DNA of 64,000 bases, taken from the NCBI GenBank assembly GCA_040289115.1, contig PSKS01000006.1:11781-75780 (forward strand). Direction: 5' to 3'. Both the position numbers and the translations under genes were made by a program. Positions within the stretch are counted from its first letter, which is position 1, and each line of letters opens with the position of its first letter. Below, in pieces: positions 18,283-27,061 of this stretch. Origin of the DNA: Chloroflexota bacterium (GTDB lineage: Bacteria > Chloroflexota > Dehalococcoidia > JAUQQI01). A model generated the notes under the pieces. The model was given only the letters and a program-made list of their open reading frames with translations. It had not been told where the DNA came from and ran no database searches.

Positions 18283-18626
18283 GGGGTTTCGTACTCCTTG
18301 AGCAGTTCCCCCGAGCGGGCCTTCTCAACGACCTCATCAAAACCGGGCGGGAGCTCGACGCCAAGTTCTTTAAGCCGCTTCTTGGCCCAGAGGCCGATGT
18401 TGCGGCTGTCCTTGTAGTACTCCTCGGTGGGGTGGTCGATGGCCGAACCCAGCTCCGCCATCCGGTCGGCCTCGGACTTGTGGACGGCGAAGCGGGAAAA
18501 GAGCCGCCTAAGACCGCGGCCGCCACACTCGGGGCAGGCCGGTTCGGCCTCGGCCTGGCGGACCGAGAAGTAAAAGAGACCGACCTTGCGGCCGCAGTTT
18601 GGGCACAGATACTCGTAGATGGGCAT
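18255..18626 (-). CDS. FmdB-family zinc-ribbon protein
   Basis: MPIYEYLCPNCG...CPECG zinc-ribbon CxxC...CxxC N-terminus. ATG at 18626; the listed ORF's longer N-terminus is probably spurious. Confidence 0.6.
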   Translation of the reverse strand: MPIYEYLCPNCGRKVGLFYFSVRQAEAEPACPECGGRGLRRLFSRFAVHKSEADRMAELGSAIDHPTEEYYKDSRNIGLWAKKRLKELGVELPPGFDEVVEKARSGELLKEYETPWSERTTNP

Positions 18627-18627
18627 T

Positions 18628-19008
18628 TTAAAGCTCGTCCCCGCCTTCGCTGGGCTCGCCCTCGTCCGCCTCACCCCCCAGCTCCTCGGGCACCTCGCCG
18701 GCCTCTAGCCGGTCCACCATCTCGTCGAACTCCGGCCCCATGTCCTCACCAAGCTGCTTACTAAAGCGGCGGGCCCAGCGGGCCACGCTGCGGGGGTCGT
18801 TCTCATCCAGGTCGGCAAAGTTGCTCGGGTCGGCCAGTTGCTCCAGTCGGTCCTCTTCGGAGCGCACAAAGGCAAAGCTGGAGATGAGCCGCCGGACGTC
18901 GGTGCTACCGCAGTGGGAGCAGGTCGGCTCGAAAACACTGTATACGCTTGGGACGAAGATGGTGGATTTGCGCCGGCACTGGTTACAGCGGTACTCGTAG
19001 ATCGGCAT
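18628..19008 (-). CDS. FmdB-family zinc-ribbon protein (paralog) with acidic C-terminal tail
   Basis: MPIYEYRCNQCR...CSHCGS zinc ribbon. Tail EELGGEADEGEPSEGGDEL. Separated from the downstream paralog by 1 nt. Confidence 0.6.
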   Translation of the reverse strand: MPIYEYRCNQCRRKSTIFVPSVYSVFEPTCSHCGSTDVRRLISSFAFVRSEEDRLEQLADPSNFADLDENDPRSVARWARRFSKQLGEDMGPEFDEMVDRLEAGEVPEELGGEADEGEPSEGGDEL

Positions 19009-19050
19009 AGGCTAACCGGCCCACGGTTTTTGTTTATAGCGACCCTTTGA

Positions 19051-19431
19051 TTATAGCAGGTCGGGCGGGACCTCCAGGGCGTTTTCGATGTGCTCCAGCC
19101 GGCGAGGTTGGCCGGCCCCGTCCAATTCGACCCCGATAAAGTCGAACCGGGCCTGCGGGGAAAGCTCCAGGTGGCCGGCCCGATATTCGAGGGCCGCCTG
19201 AACCAGCCGTTTTAGTTTACGGGCCGTGATGGATTCGGCCGCCCCCACCAGGCCTCCGGCCCGCCGGGCCCGGACCTCGACGAAGACGAGACAATCGTCC
19301 TTCTCGGCGATAATGTCCACCTCGCCGAACCGGGTCCGGAAGTTCATTTCCTTGATGGTATACCCCTGGCTTACCAGGTAGTCCCGGGCGGCCCGTTCGG
19401 CCCGGCGGCCGGCCTCACCCGTCCGGGACAT
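19051..19431 (-). CDS. yraN: YraN-family (UPF0102) endonuclease
   Basis: GEVDIIA...LVFVEVRAR motif, about 125 aa, overlapping rnhB as is usual for this pair. Confidence 0.8.
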   Translation of the reverse strand: MSRTGEAGRRAERAARDYLVSQGYTIKEMNFRTRFGEVDIIAEKDDCLVFVEVRARRAGGLVGAAESITARKLKRLVQAALEYRAGHLELSPQARFDFIGVELDGAGQPRRLEHIENALEVPPDLL

Positions 19432-20053
19432 CCCTGGTCAGCACCTCGGCCACCGGCCGGAACCGGCGCCGGTGGGCCGGCGATGGGCCGAGCTCGGCCA
19501 GCCGGCGCAGATGCTCGGCGGTGGGGTAGCCTTTATGTCGGGCGAAGTCGTAGCCCGGGTATTTCCGGTCAAGGCAGGCCATAAGCCGGTCGCGGGTTAC
19601 CTTGGCGATGATGGAAGCGGCGGCCACCGAAACTGACCGCTGTTCCCCCTGAACGAGGGATACTTCGGGCAGACCGATGCCCAGGGACCAGGGCCCGTCC
19701 ACAAGGACGCAGTCAGGGGCAACCTTAAGCCCCTCCACGGCCCTGACCATGGCCAGCAGGCTCGCCCGGCCGATGCCGAGCTCCTCGATTTCGTTCACCT
19801 CGGCCTGCCCCACCCCCCAGGCGCGGGCGCAGGCGGTGATTACCCCGAAGGCCCTTTCCCGTTCTCCCGGGGTCAGCAGTTTGCTATCGATAACGGGGCA
19901 CTCGGGCACCCAATCCCACGGCTCGGGCAGGATTACCGCGGCCGCCACCACCGGGCCGGCCAGGGCCCCCCGCCCGGCCTCATCCACCCCGGCTACAGCC
20001 CGGAATCCGGCCCGGTAAAGGGCAAATTCGACGTCGGCCGGCGCCCGCGTCAT
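19415..20053 (-). CDS. rnhB: ribonuclease HII
   Basis: AGVDEAGRGALAGPVVAAAVIL catalytic DEAGRG motif. Confidence 0.9.
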   Translation of the reverse strand: MTRAPADVEFALYRAGFRAVAGVDEAGRGALAGPVVAAAVILPEPWDWVPECPVIDSKLLTPGERERAFGVITACARAWGVGQAEVNEIEELGIGRASLLAMVRAVEGLKVAPDCVLVDGPWSLGIGLPEVSLVQGEQRSVSVAAASIIAKVTRDRLMACLDRKYPGYDFARHKGYPTAEHLRRLAELGPSPAHRRRFRPVAEVLTRDVPDG

Positions 20054-21492
20054 TTCACCGCGGCCAGGGCGGCCCGCAAAACCTGGGAGGCCAGGGGGGC
20101 AGCCACCTGGGTACTGGCGCCCCCCTCTTCAACCACCAGGGCCACAACCACCCGGGGGTTTTCGGCCGGGGCAAAGCCGATGAACCAGGAGTGGGCCGGG
20201 CGACCCGGTACAGCCTCGGCGGTCCCGGTCTTGCCGGCCACTGTTACCCCCGAAACCCTGGCCGGCCGGGCCCAGCCCTCGGCCACCGAGACGGTCATAA
20301 ACGTTCGGAGTTGGCGGGCCACGTCGGGCCCGATGGCCTGCCGCCAGGTTTCGGCCGGCCGGTCGGCCAGCAGGCGGGGCCGGGGAACTTTGCCGTCGGC
20401 GGCCACGGCCGCGGCCACCAGGGCCATCTGGAGGGGCGTAACCAGCAGTTCCCCCTGGCCTATGCCTGTGGAGGCTAGGGCGTACTGGGCCTCGGGGCCA
20501 GTAAAGAAGTCCGGCCGCTGCTGGAGCCGGCTCGGGACAACCGGCAGTTCGAAGGGAATCGGCGCTTCAAAGCCGAAACGGCGGGCGTAATCCAACAGGG
20601 CCGGGGCTCCGAGGCGGAGGGCTAGGTTGGCGTGGGTTACGTTACAGCTCCAGGCGTAGGCATGGGCCAGGTCCAGCCGCACCCGGTTGCCCGAGGCCAG
20701 CAGGTAGATGTTCCCGCAGTTGACAAAGCCGTTGGTGTGCCAGGGGACCGGGTGAGAGGCGTCCTGGGGGTTAAGCTGGTATTCAAAGGCTTCGTCGGGC
20801 CTTACTGCCCCCAGCTCCAGGGCCGCCGCCAGGGTGACCGTCTTAAAGGTGGAACCTGGGGCGTATTGGCCCTGGGTCGCCCGGTTAAGAAGGGGCGCCC
20901 CGCCGTCGGCCTGCAGCGTCCGAAGGTAGCCCAAAGCGGCCTCCTGGGGCTGACCGGCCGCCAGGCGGTTCGGGTCGAAGGTGGGGCTTGAGACCAGGGC
21001 TAGGACGGCGCCGTCGGGGGTCATGACCACCGCCGCCCCGGGCCGCCCCCCGAAGAGCCGGAATATCTGGGCCTGAAGGTTGGCATCTAGGGTAAGCCGG
21101 ACGTCCCGGGCGGCCACGCCGGCCTGAAGGGTCCAGGGCCACTGAGGCCAGCGGACCTGCTGGAGGGTGTCGTTGGCCACCGCCTCCACCCCGGCCCGGC
21201 CCAGGCTCGGGTTGAAATAACCCACCACCGGGGCGGCCTCCGGCACCGGGTACTCCCGGCGGTAAATCCCGTCGGGTCCGGCCGCCGACCTGGCCAGTAC
21301 CACCCCGTTCCGGTCCAAGATGGCCCCCCGTGGGCTCCGGAGGAGCAGGTCCAGTGGCCGGCTGTTTTCCGGCCGCCTAAGGAGCTCCGGGGCCGCTATA
21401 ACCTGCCAGTAGCCGAAGGCCAGGGCCACCAGGGCTAGGCCAGCGTAGAGGGCGAGGCCAACCTGGTAGATGCCGCGGTTCGGGACCATCTC
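20050..21492 (-). CDS. penicillin-binding protein, D,D-transpeptidase (PBP2/FtsI-like)
   Basis: N-terminal TM, then transpeptidase motifs STFK, SGN, KTGTA. ATG at 21492 (MVPNRGIYQV...) abuts the upstream stop. Confidence 0.8.
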   Translation of the reverse strand, partial: EMVPNRGIYQVGLALYAGLALVALAFGYWQVIAAPELLRRPENSRPLDLLLRSPRGAILDRNGVVLARSAAGPDGIYRREYPVPEAAPVVGYFNPSLGRAGVEAVANDTLQQVRWPQWPWTLQAGVAARDVRLTLDANLQAQIFRLFGGRPGAAVVMTPDGAVLALVSSPTFDPNRLAAGQPQEAALGYLRTLQADGGAPLLNRATQGQYAPGSTFKTVTLAAALELGAVRPDEAFEYQLNPQDASHPVPWHTNGFVNCGNIYLLASGNRVRLDLAHAYAWSCNVTHANLALRLGAPALLDYARRFGFEAPIPFELPVVPSRLQQRPDFFTGPEAQYALASTGIGQGELLVTPLQMALVAAAVAADGKVPRPRLLADRPAETWRQAIGPDVARQLRTFMTVSVAEGWARPARVSGVTVAGKTGTAEAVPGRPAHSWFIGFAPAENPRVVVALVVEEGGASTQVAAPLASQVLRAALAAVK

Positions 21493-22450
21493 AGTAAAAC
21501 ACCGTCCGGGTCCGGTGGCGGGGCACCGCCTTATACTTCGGCTCCTGGCCCCGGTTCCAGAGCAGGTAATCCAGCTCCCGGGCCGAAACCGGCCGACCGG
21601 CCCGGCGTAGTTCGGCCACCATGAGCTCGGCGGCATGCACAGCGCAGGCCCGGATCTCGACCTCTTCGGCTGAGCCTTGGGGGATCAGCTCCCCCCGGTC
21701 GACCCGCTCGGCCAGAACCGGGTCGTAGATAAGGACCCCGTCCACCCGCAAGACGTGGGGTACCAGATTATCGGCGAAGATGGTCAGCCCGTCGATATCC
21801 CGAAAGTAGCCGTAACCCCGGCCCTGGAAAGCCAGCCAGAGGTCGGCGCAGGTGAGCTGGGCCCGCTTGTAAAAGGCAACTTCGAAGCCCCGGTAAGGGG
21901 CCACGTCCCGGAAGAAGGGCATCTCGGCCAGGATATATATAAGCCTTTCAGCCGAATGGTCGGCGGCCTCAACCAGGCGGACAAAATCGCCGCCAAAGCG
22001 ACCCAAGAGGAGGCGGCCCAGGTCGTTAAGGGCCCGGGCGAATAGACCCATAAGTTCGGTGCGGGGGCCGCCGTCCGGCTCCTGGCCGAAGATGCGGTGG
22101 CAGTCGGCCGGAGTGATTTCGGTCAGGGTTTGGGCATCCGGGGGGCCGTGGGCCTCGAAGTAATCTTTAAGGGCGGAGGCAATCGTAAAATAGCCCGAAA
22201 GGCCGGGCCGCTTTTGGAGCTGGGGGAAATATCCGGAGCCGAAATTGACGGTATCCAGGGTGAGAATGTAAGCCAGGGTCGCCTCAGGCGGCCCAAAGAA
22301 GTGATACCTGGGGTCGAGCTGAAGTTTGCCCAGCCGGTCGAGGGGCAAACTCCGGGCGTAGGGCCCAATCCGGTCGGCGGCGACCCGAACGAACTGGGCC
22401 TGCTGGGCAACCTGGGCGCAGGATTGTCTTATCCGGTCAAATATGGTCAT
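21491..22450 (-). CDS. hypothetical protein, possibly queuosine-salvage family (DUF2419/Qng1-like)
   Basis: 319 aa. Family call from remembered resemblance only. Confidence 0.35.
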   Translation of the reverse strand: MTIFDRIRQSCAQVAQQAQFVRVAADRIGPYARSLPLDRLGKLQLDPRYHFFGPPEATLAYILTLDTVNFGSGYFPQLQKRPGLSGYFTIASALKDYFEAHGPPDAQTLTEITPADCHRIFGQEPDGGPRTELMGLFARALNDLGRLLLGRFGGDFVRLVEAADHSAERLIYILAEMPFFRDVAPYRGFEVAFYKRAQLTCADLWLAFQGRGYGYFRDIDGLTIFADNLVPHVLRVDGVLIYDPVLAERVDRGELIPQGSAEEVEIRACAVHAAELMVAELRRAGRPVSARELDYLLWNRGQEPKYKAVPRHRTRTVFY

Positions 22451-22558
22451 GGGCTTAGGTTGTAAAATTTCAGGGCGGGCTTAAACCGACCGCACCATCC
22501 CAATTTTCCGACAGCCCGGCCTCGGTCCTCAAATTCCGGCGGAACAGGAGGTTGACCG

Positions 22559-23983
22559 ATGGGCGAAGTGACCAAGATCTTCGTCGCCGGTGAATGGGTT
22601 GAAGGCGAAGGGGACCTTATCGAGGACAAGAACCCGTACAACGGCGAGACGGTTGCCGTCGTTCGGCGGGCCAGTGCCCGGCAGATGGAGCTGGCCATTG
22701 AGGCGGCCGCTGAAGCCTTTAAGGCTTACCGGCGGGTGCCGGCCTACAAGCGGGCCGATATGCTCCTGACCGTCAGCCAGAAGATTGCCGCCCGGCAGGA
22801 GGAACTGGCCCGAACTATCGCCCTGGAGGTGGCCAAGCCCATCCGGACGGCCCGGGCCGAAGTTGCCCGGGCCGTCTACACCTTCCGGATCGCCTCGGAA
22901 GAGGCCCGGCGGGTTGGGGGCGAGTACGTGCCGATGGATGCGGTCCCGGCCGGGGAGGGGCGGGTTGGGTACTTTTACCGGCAGCCGGTGGGGGTTGTTG
23001 GGGCGATTACCCCCTTTAACTTTCCCCTTAACCTGGTTGCCCACAAGGTGGCCCCGGCCCTGGCCGCGGGCAACACCGTGGTGGTAAAGCCCACCGAGAA
23101 GGCGCCCCTAACCGCCCTTAAGCTGGCCGAGATCCTGGAAGAAGCCGGCTTCCCGCCCGGCACCGTGAGCGTCGTGCCAGCCAGCGCCGAGGTGACGGAC
23201 ATCCTCCTGACCAGCCCGAAGGTGCGCAAGATAAGCTTTACCGGCAGCGTCCCGGTGGGCAAGTATATCCGGGACCGGGTTGGGCTCAAGAAGGTTACCC
23301 TTGAGCTTGGGTCTAACTCGGCCAACATCATCTTCCCCAGCGCCGACCTGGAGCGGGCGGTGGATGCGACCGTATTCGGGGCTTTTGCCCATGCGGGCCA
23401 GTCGTGCATCTCGGTCCAGCGCATTTATCTGCATAAAGATATTGAGCAGGCGTTTCTCGACCGGTTTGTGCCCAGGGTTGAGGCCCTAAAACTGGGGGAT
23501 CCCCTGCTTGAGGAGACCGATGTGGGGCCGATGATCGACGAACCGGCAGCCCAGAAGGTGGAGTCCTGGGTTATCGAGGCCCGGGAGGCCGGGGCGGCCC
23601 TGCTTACGGGCGGGCGGCGGGAGGCCAACATGTTCTGGCCGACGGTTCTGACCCGAACCACCCCGGAGATGAAGGTGGTGTGCGAGGAGGTCTTTGCGCC
23701 CCTGGTAGCTGTGGCGACCTTCAGCACCGTGGATGAGGCCATCCAGCAGGTGAACTTGTCAAACTACGGCCTCAATGCGGCCGTTTTTACCCGGGACCTG
23801 GGGGAGACCCTGCGGTGTATCGACGAGCTGGAAGTGGGCCAGGTTATCGTAAACGATGCGTCCAACTTCCGGGCCGACCATATGCCGTACGGCGGGGTGA
23901 AAGACAGCGGCCTTGGGCGGGAAGGCCTCCGATATGCCATCGAGGAGATGACCGAAATTAAGCTGGCGGTGATTCGGCCGTAA
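22559..23983 (+). CDS. NAD(P)-dependent aldehyde dehydrogenase
   Basis: ALDH catalytic Cys context GQSCISVQR and Glu context ELGSNSANIIF, 474 aa. Confidence 0.85.
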   Translation: MGEVTKIFVAGEWVEGEGDLIEDKNPYNGETVAVVRRASARQMELAIEAAAEAFKAYRRVPAYKRADMLLTVSQKIAARQEELARTIALEVAKPIRTARAEVARAVYTFRIASEEARRVGGEYVPMDAVPAGEGRVGYFYRQPVGVVGAITPFNFPLNLVAHKVAPALAAGNTVVVKPTEKAPLTALKLAEILEEAGFPPGTVSVVPASAEVTDILLTSPKVRKISFTGSVPVGKYIRDRVGLKKVTLELGSNSANIIFPSADLERAVDATVFGAFAHAGQSCISVQRIYLHKDIEQAFLDRFVPRVEALKLGDPLLEETDVGPMIDEPAAQKVESWVIEAREAGAALLTGGRREANMFWPTVLTRTTPEMKVVCEEVFAPLVAVATFSTVDEAIQQVNLSNYGLNAAVFTRDLGETLRCIDELEVGQVIVNDASNFRADHMPYGGVKDSGLGREGLRYAIEEMTEIKLAVIRP

Positions 23984-24191
23984 ACGGCACTTAGGGCCGG
24001 AGGCCCCACGGAACCATCAGGTTCTTTGCCGCGGGAGCTTCACCTGGAGACAGCAGGACTACCCCATACTACCATGCCGCTAACCGAAGGGTGAACCCCC
24101 CGGGTGGTCCGGAAGCGGCTGGGCCATTCCCAGTTTTGCCCGACCTGCAGCGGGAGACAGCCCCCTTCAGCTACTTCCACCAACTCCCACC

Positions 24192-24253
24192 AAATATATA
24201 GCGGCCAGCTAAGCATAAACCATTAGCTGGCCGCTATATATTTGGTCTTTTGT

Positions 24254-24254
<1 letters not shown>
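24192..24254. terminator. 21-bp perfect inverted repeat with 10-nt loop plus T-run; convergent terminator between the ALDH gene and tRNA-Phe
   Basis: aaatatatagcggccagctaa / ttagctggccgctatatattt arms, followed by ggtcttttgtt. Confidence 0.6.
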
Positions 24255-24329
<75 letters not shown>

Positions 24330-24528
24330 GGGCAGCCCAAAAACCTGTAACCACCAAACCTAAGTATAACCCCAACAAACCGCCCCTGCCAAGGCCGGCC
24401 TACCGGGGCTTTTGCGAAACTTCGTCACCTGCGGCGTACGCTGAGGCTCAGTCGGCGGTGGGTTTATATAATAAACTTAAAGGGAAGCGGCAGAAGTTGT
24501 CAGTCCGGGGTCGTAGGGAGCAAAGGCC

Positions 24529-25101
24529 ATGGTCAGCGCCATCCGGATTCAGGACCGGGACCTGCTAAGCCGCCTGAATAACTACCTTGAGGGGCTGGAT
24601 ACCTACCTCCGGGAAGGGATCGGCTGGCTCATCTTCAACGCCGACCGCCAACGCACCGCCCGCATCGTCAACTTCATGGTGGACATCCTTAAGGGCCGGC
24701 AGCCGCCCGTCGGCTTCACCTTGATGCCCTGGCGGGACTTCGCCATGAACGCCTACATGCTCAAAATCGAGCTGGCCCACCAGCCCCGGCCAGCCGAAGG
24801 CGGCGACCCAAAGGTCCTCCAGGAATACCGGATCGCCACCCATGTAAGCCTGGAGCTCTACCGCCAGATGGTCGAGCAGAGCCTCATTATCATCACCGGC
24901 CTGGTACCCCACTACCCCCACGAGGTCACCCACCTGGACGAGATCCTCGACCACCGGTTCCAGCGCCGCCAGGCCACCGTCATCATTACTCCCCGGCTGC
25001 CCGAACAGCTCGCCGCCGACTTCGAGGCCATCGACCCCTCAAAGAAGCTGTGGCAGCGGATTTTCACCCGGCTCTACGAAACGAGCCTAATCGCCCTCTG
25101 A
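24529..25101 (+). CDS. hypothetical protein, DnaC/IstB-like AAA+ remnant lacking a Walker A P-loop
   Basis: The C-terminal SLIIITGLVPHYPHE...HRFQRRQATVIITPRL...RLYETSLIAL resembles the Walker-B/sensor region of DnaC/IstB. No GxxGxGK(T/S) anywhere. Confidence 0.3.
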   Translation: MVSAIRIQDRDLLSRLNNYLEGLDTYLREGIGWLIFNADRQRTARIVNFMVDILKGRQPPVGFTLMPWRDFAMNAYMLKIELAHQPRPAEGGDPKVLQEYRIATHVSLELYRQMVEQSLIIITGLVPHYPHEVTHLDEILDHRFQRRQATVIITPRLPEQLAADFEAIDPSKKLWQRIFTRLYETSLIAL

Positions 25102-25131
25102 TCGCTCAGACACCCTTCGGAGGAGAGGGCT

Positions 25132-26133
25132 GTGTCAGAAAGAATTGGTGTCCTCTTTGTAGGCCTCGGGCCCATCGGCCAGGAAGCCGCCCGGCTTTCC
25201 CTCACCCGCTCCTATCTCGAGGTTAAGGGCGGCGTCGACATCGATCCCCAGAAGGCCGGCCAAGACCTGGGGGAACTCCTCGGCCTCGGCCGAAAACTCG
25301 GGCTAGGCGTAAGTCCCGACCTCACCCGGACCCTTGACGAGACCTCACCAGACGTGGTCGTCCTCTGCACCGGGTCCTACTTTCCCCAAGTTTACCGGCA
25401 ACTTGCCACCATTATCGAGGCCGGGGCTAACGTGGTCTCCACTTGCGAGGAGCTCGCCTACCCGTGGGCCGGCTACCCCGACCAGGCCCGCCAGCTGGAT
25501 ATGCTGGCCCAAAAGCACGGGGTTACCATCCTCGGCACCGGGGTAAACCCCGGCTTTGTGATGGATACGCTGGCCCTTTTTTTCAGCGGCGTCTGCCAGC
25601 AGATCCGGCGGGTTTCGGTCTGGCGAGTCGTCGACGCGGCCAGACGCCGCCGCCAGCTCCAGGAAAAGGTTGGGGTCGGCCTCAGCCAGGAGCAGTTCCG
25701 GGCCGCAGCCGCGGCGGGCCGCGTCCGCCACGTCGGCCTGCGGGAGTCCACTTACTTACTTGCTTCGGGGCTGGGGTGGCGGCTCAACGAATACCGGGAA
25801 GAGGTCGAGCCCGTGGTCGCCGATGAGCCGGCCTCGACTGAGTACTTCACCGTCCGACCCGGGCAGGTGGCCGGCCTGCGGCAGGTGGGGCGGGGCTTCC
25901 GGGACGGCGAACCCGTGGTCGAGCTGACCCTGGAAATCTACGTCGGGGCCAAGAACCCCCGGGACACCCTCGCTATCGACGGGGTTCCGCCCCTCGAGGT
26001 TGAGGTTCCCGGTGGGGTCCACGGCGACCTTGGAACAGCCGCCTTGGTAGTTAACGCCATCCCCAGGGTGGTCGAAGCAGCGCCTGGGCTCCTGACCATG
26101 AAAGACCTGCCCCTGGTTCACCTTAGGTTTTAG
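25132..26133 (+). CDS. DapB-N-like NAD(P)-binding amine dehydrogenase family protein (2,4-diaminopentanoate dehydrogenase-like)
   Basis: N-terminal Rossmann fold IGVLFVGLGPIGQ, 333 aa. Family assignment from remembered resemblance. Confidence 0.45.
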   Translation: MSERIGVLFVGLGPIGQEAARLSLTRSYLEVKGGVDIDPQKAGQDLGELLGLGRKLGLGVSPDLTRTLDETSPDVVVLCTGSYFPQVYRQLATIIEAGANVVSTCEELAYPWAGYPDQARQLDMLAQKHGVTILGTGVNPGFVMDTLALFFSGVCQQIRRVSVWRVVDAARRRRQLQEKVGVGLSQEQFRAAAAAGRVRHVGLRESTYLLASGLGWRLNEYREEVEPVVADEPASTEYFTVRPGQVAGLRQVGRGFRDGEPVVELTLEIYVGAKNPRDTLAIDGVPPLEVEVPGGVHGDLGTAALVVNAIPRVVEAAPGLLTMKDLPLVHLRF

Positions 26134-26145
26134 GTTCAGTCACCC

Positions 26146-26718
26146 ATGCTTGTCTTCGAAAGGATGAAGCCGGCCGATGTACCGCAGGTCATGCTCATTG
26201 AAAAGCGCTCCTTCCCCACCCCGTGGCCGGAGTCGGCCTTTTACCGGGAGATCACCGAGAACCGCCTGGCCCACTACTTTGTCCTCCGGCAGGAGCCCGA
26301 CGACCCCAGCCAAAAACCGGGCGAGCTCATCGGTTACGTAGGCCTATGGGTCTTCCAGGAGGAAGCCCATATCACCACCATCGCCGTCCGTCCCGAGCGG
26401 CGGGGACAGGGCTTCGGTGAACTGATCCTCCTGAAGGCCATCGAGGCCGCCAGCCGCCTCGGGGCCACCCATGTAACCCTCGAGGTCCGGGTCTCCAACA
26501 CCGTGGCCCAACGCCTCTACGAAAAATACCGGTTCGGTCGCGTCGGCCTACGCAAGGGCTACTACTCCGACACCGGCGAGGACGCCCTCATCATGACGGT
26601 AGAGGGCATAAACACCGCAGGTTACCGGCACTTCCTGGAAAGCTTAAAGGCCAAGCTCACCGCCCGCCTCGGGGAGGTGCGCTGCCCCAACGGGGTGCAG
26701 GCGGAGGCCGAGGGCTGA
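26146..26718 (+). CDS. rimI: GNAT N-acetyltransferase (RimI-like)
   Basis: GNAT motif A region RRGQGFGELILLKAIEAA. RimI-like N-terminus. Confidence 0.65.
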   Translation: MLVFERMKPADVPQVMLIEKRSFPTPWPESAFYREITENRLAHYFVLRQEPDDPSQKPGELIGYVGLWVFQEEAHITTIAVRPERRGQGFGELILLKAIEAASRLGATHVTLEVRVSNTVAQRLYEKYRFGRVGLRKGYYSDTGEDALIMTVEGINTAGYRHFLESLKAKLTARLGEVRCPNGVQAEAEG

Positions 26719-26751
26719 CCGAAAAGTTGTGGAAAACTCGTGCCGGGGGTA

Positions 26752-26780
26752 TTGACAAAGCCGGCCCGATTTGCTAAAGT
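26752..26780 (+). promoter_or_regulatory. sigma70-like promoter (TTGACA-17 nt-TAAAGT)
   Basis: -35 at 26752-26757, -10 at 26775-26780. Drives a ~275-nt leader upstream of the PrpD-family gene. Confidence 0.45.
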
Positions 26781-26786
26781 AAAAAT

Positions 26787-26900
26787 GCCGGGGCCGGTAG
26801 TACGGTAAGGAACCCGGTTAAAAATCCAGCAGGTACCCCGGCGATTCGGGGAGCCAAGTAGGCTGAGCGGGAAGCGGCCGAAAGGCAATCTCGAGCAACC
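26787..26900 (+). ncRNA. candidate cis-regulatory structured leader (riboswitch-like; weak resemblance to the ydaO/c-di-AMP class)
   Basis: GUACGGUAAGGAACCCGGUUAAAAAUCC and two CGGCCGAAAGGC motifs. A 9-bp long-range complement (cggggagcc with ggctccccg) is followed by aactttttg at 26988-27007. No credible ORF in the 343-nt gap. Confidence 0.25.
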
Positions 26901-27061
26901 AGGGGCCGAGGCTCCGACCCGGCAACGGGTTGGGAATCGGTTACAGTTGCTTGAGATGCCATAAGGCTGCAACCCAACGGCCGAAAGGCTCCCCGAACTT
27001 TTTGCCTAACCTTTCCCCCCTGCTTTATAATCAGCCGGCGATTCCACAAAGGAGCGTGAGC

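Noticed and set aside
26787-26900. Glycine riboswitch (tandem CCGAAGG-like motifs)
   Set aside because: The CGGCCGAAAGGC repeats are reminiscent of it, but the flanking GGAGAG and CUCUGGAGAG elements are absent and the downstream gene is not gcvT-like. I kept it only as an unclassified riboswitch-like leader.
26622-27049. Minus-strand ORFs 26622..26972 and 26774..27049 in the rimI-to-prpD gap
   Set aside because: They lie on the wrong strand relative to a strong plus-strand promoter, have odd composition, and the region reads better as a structured leader.
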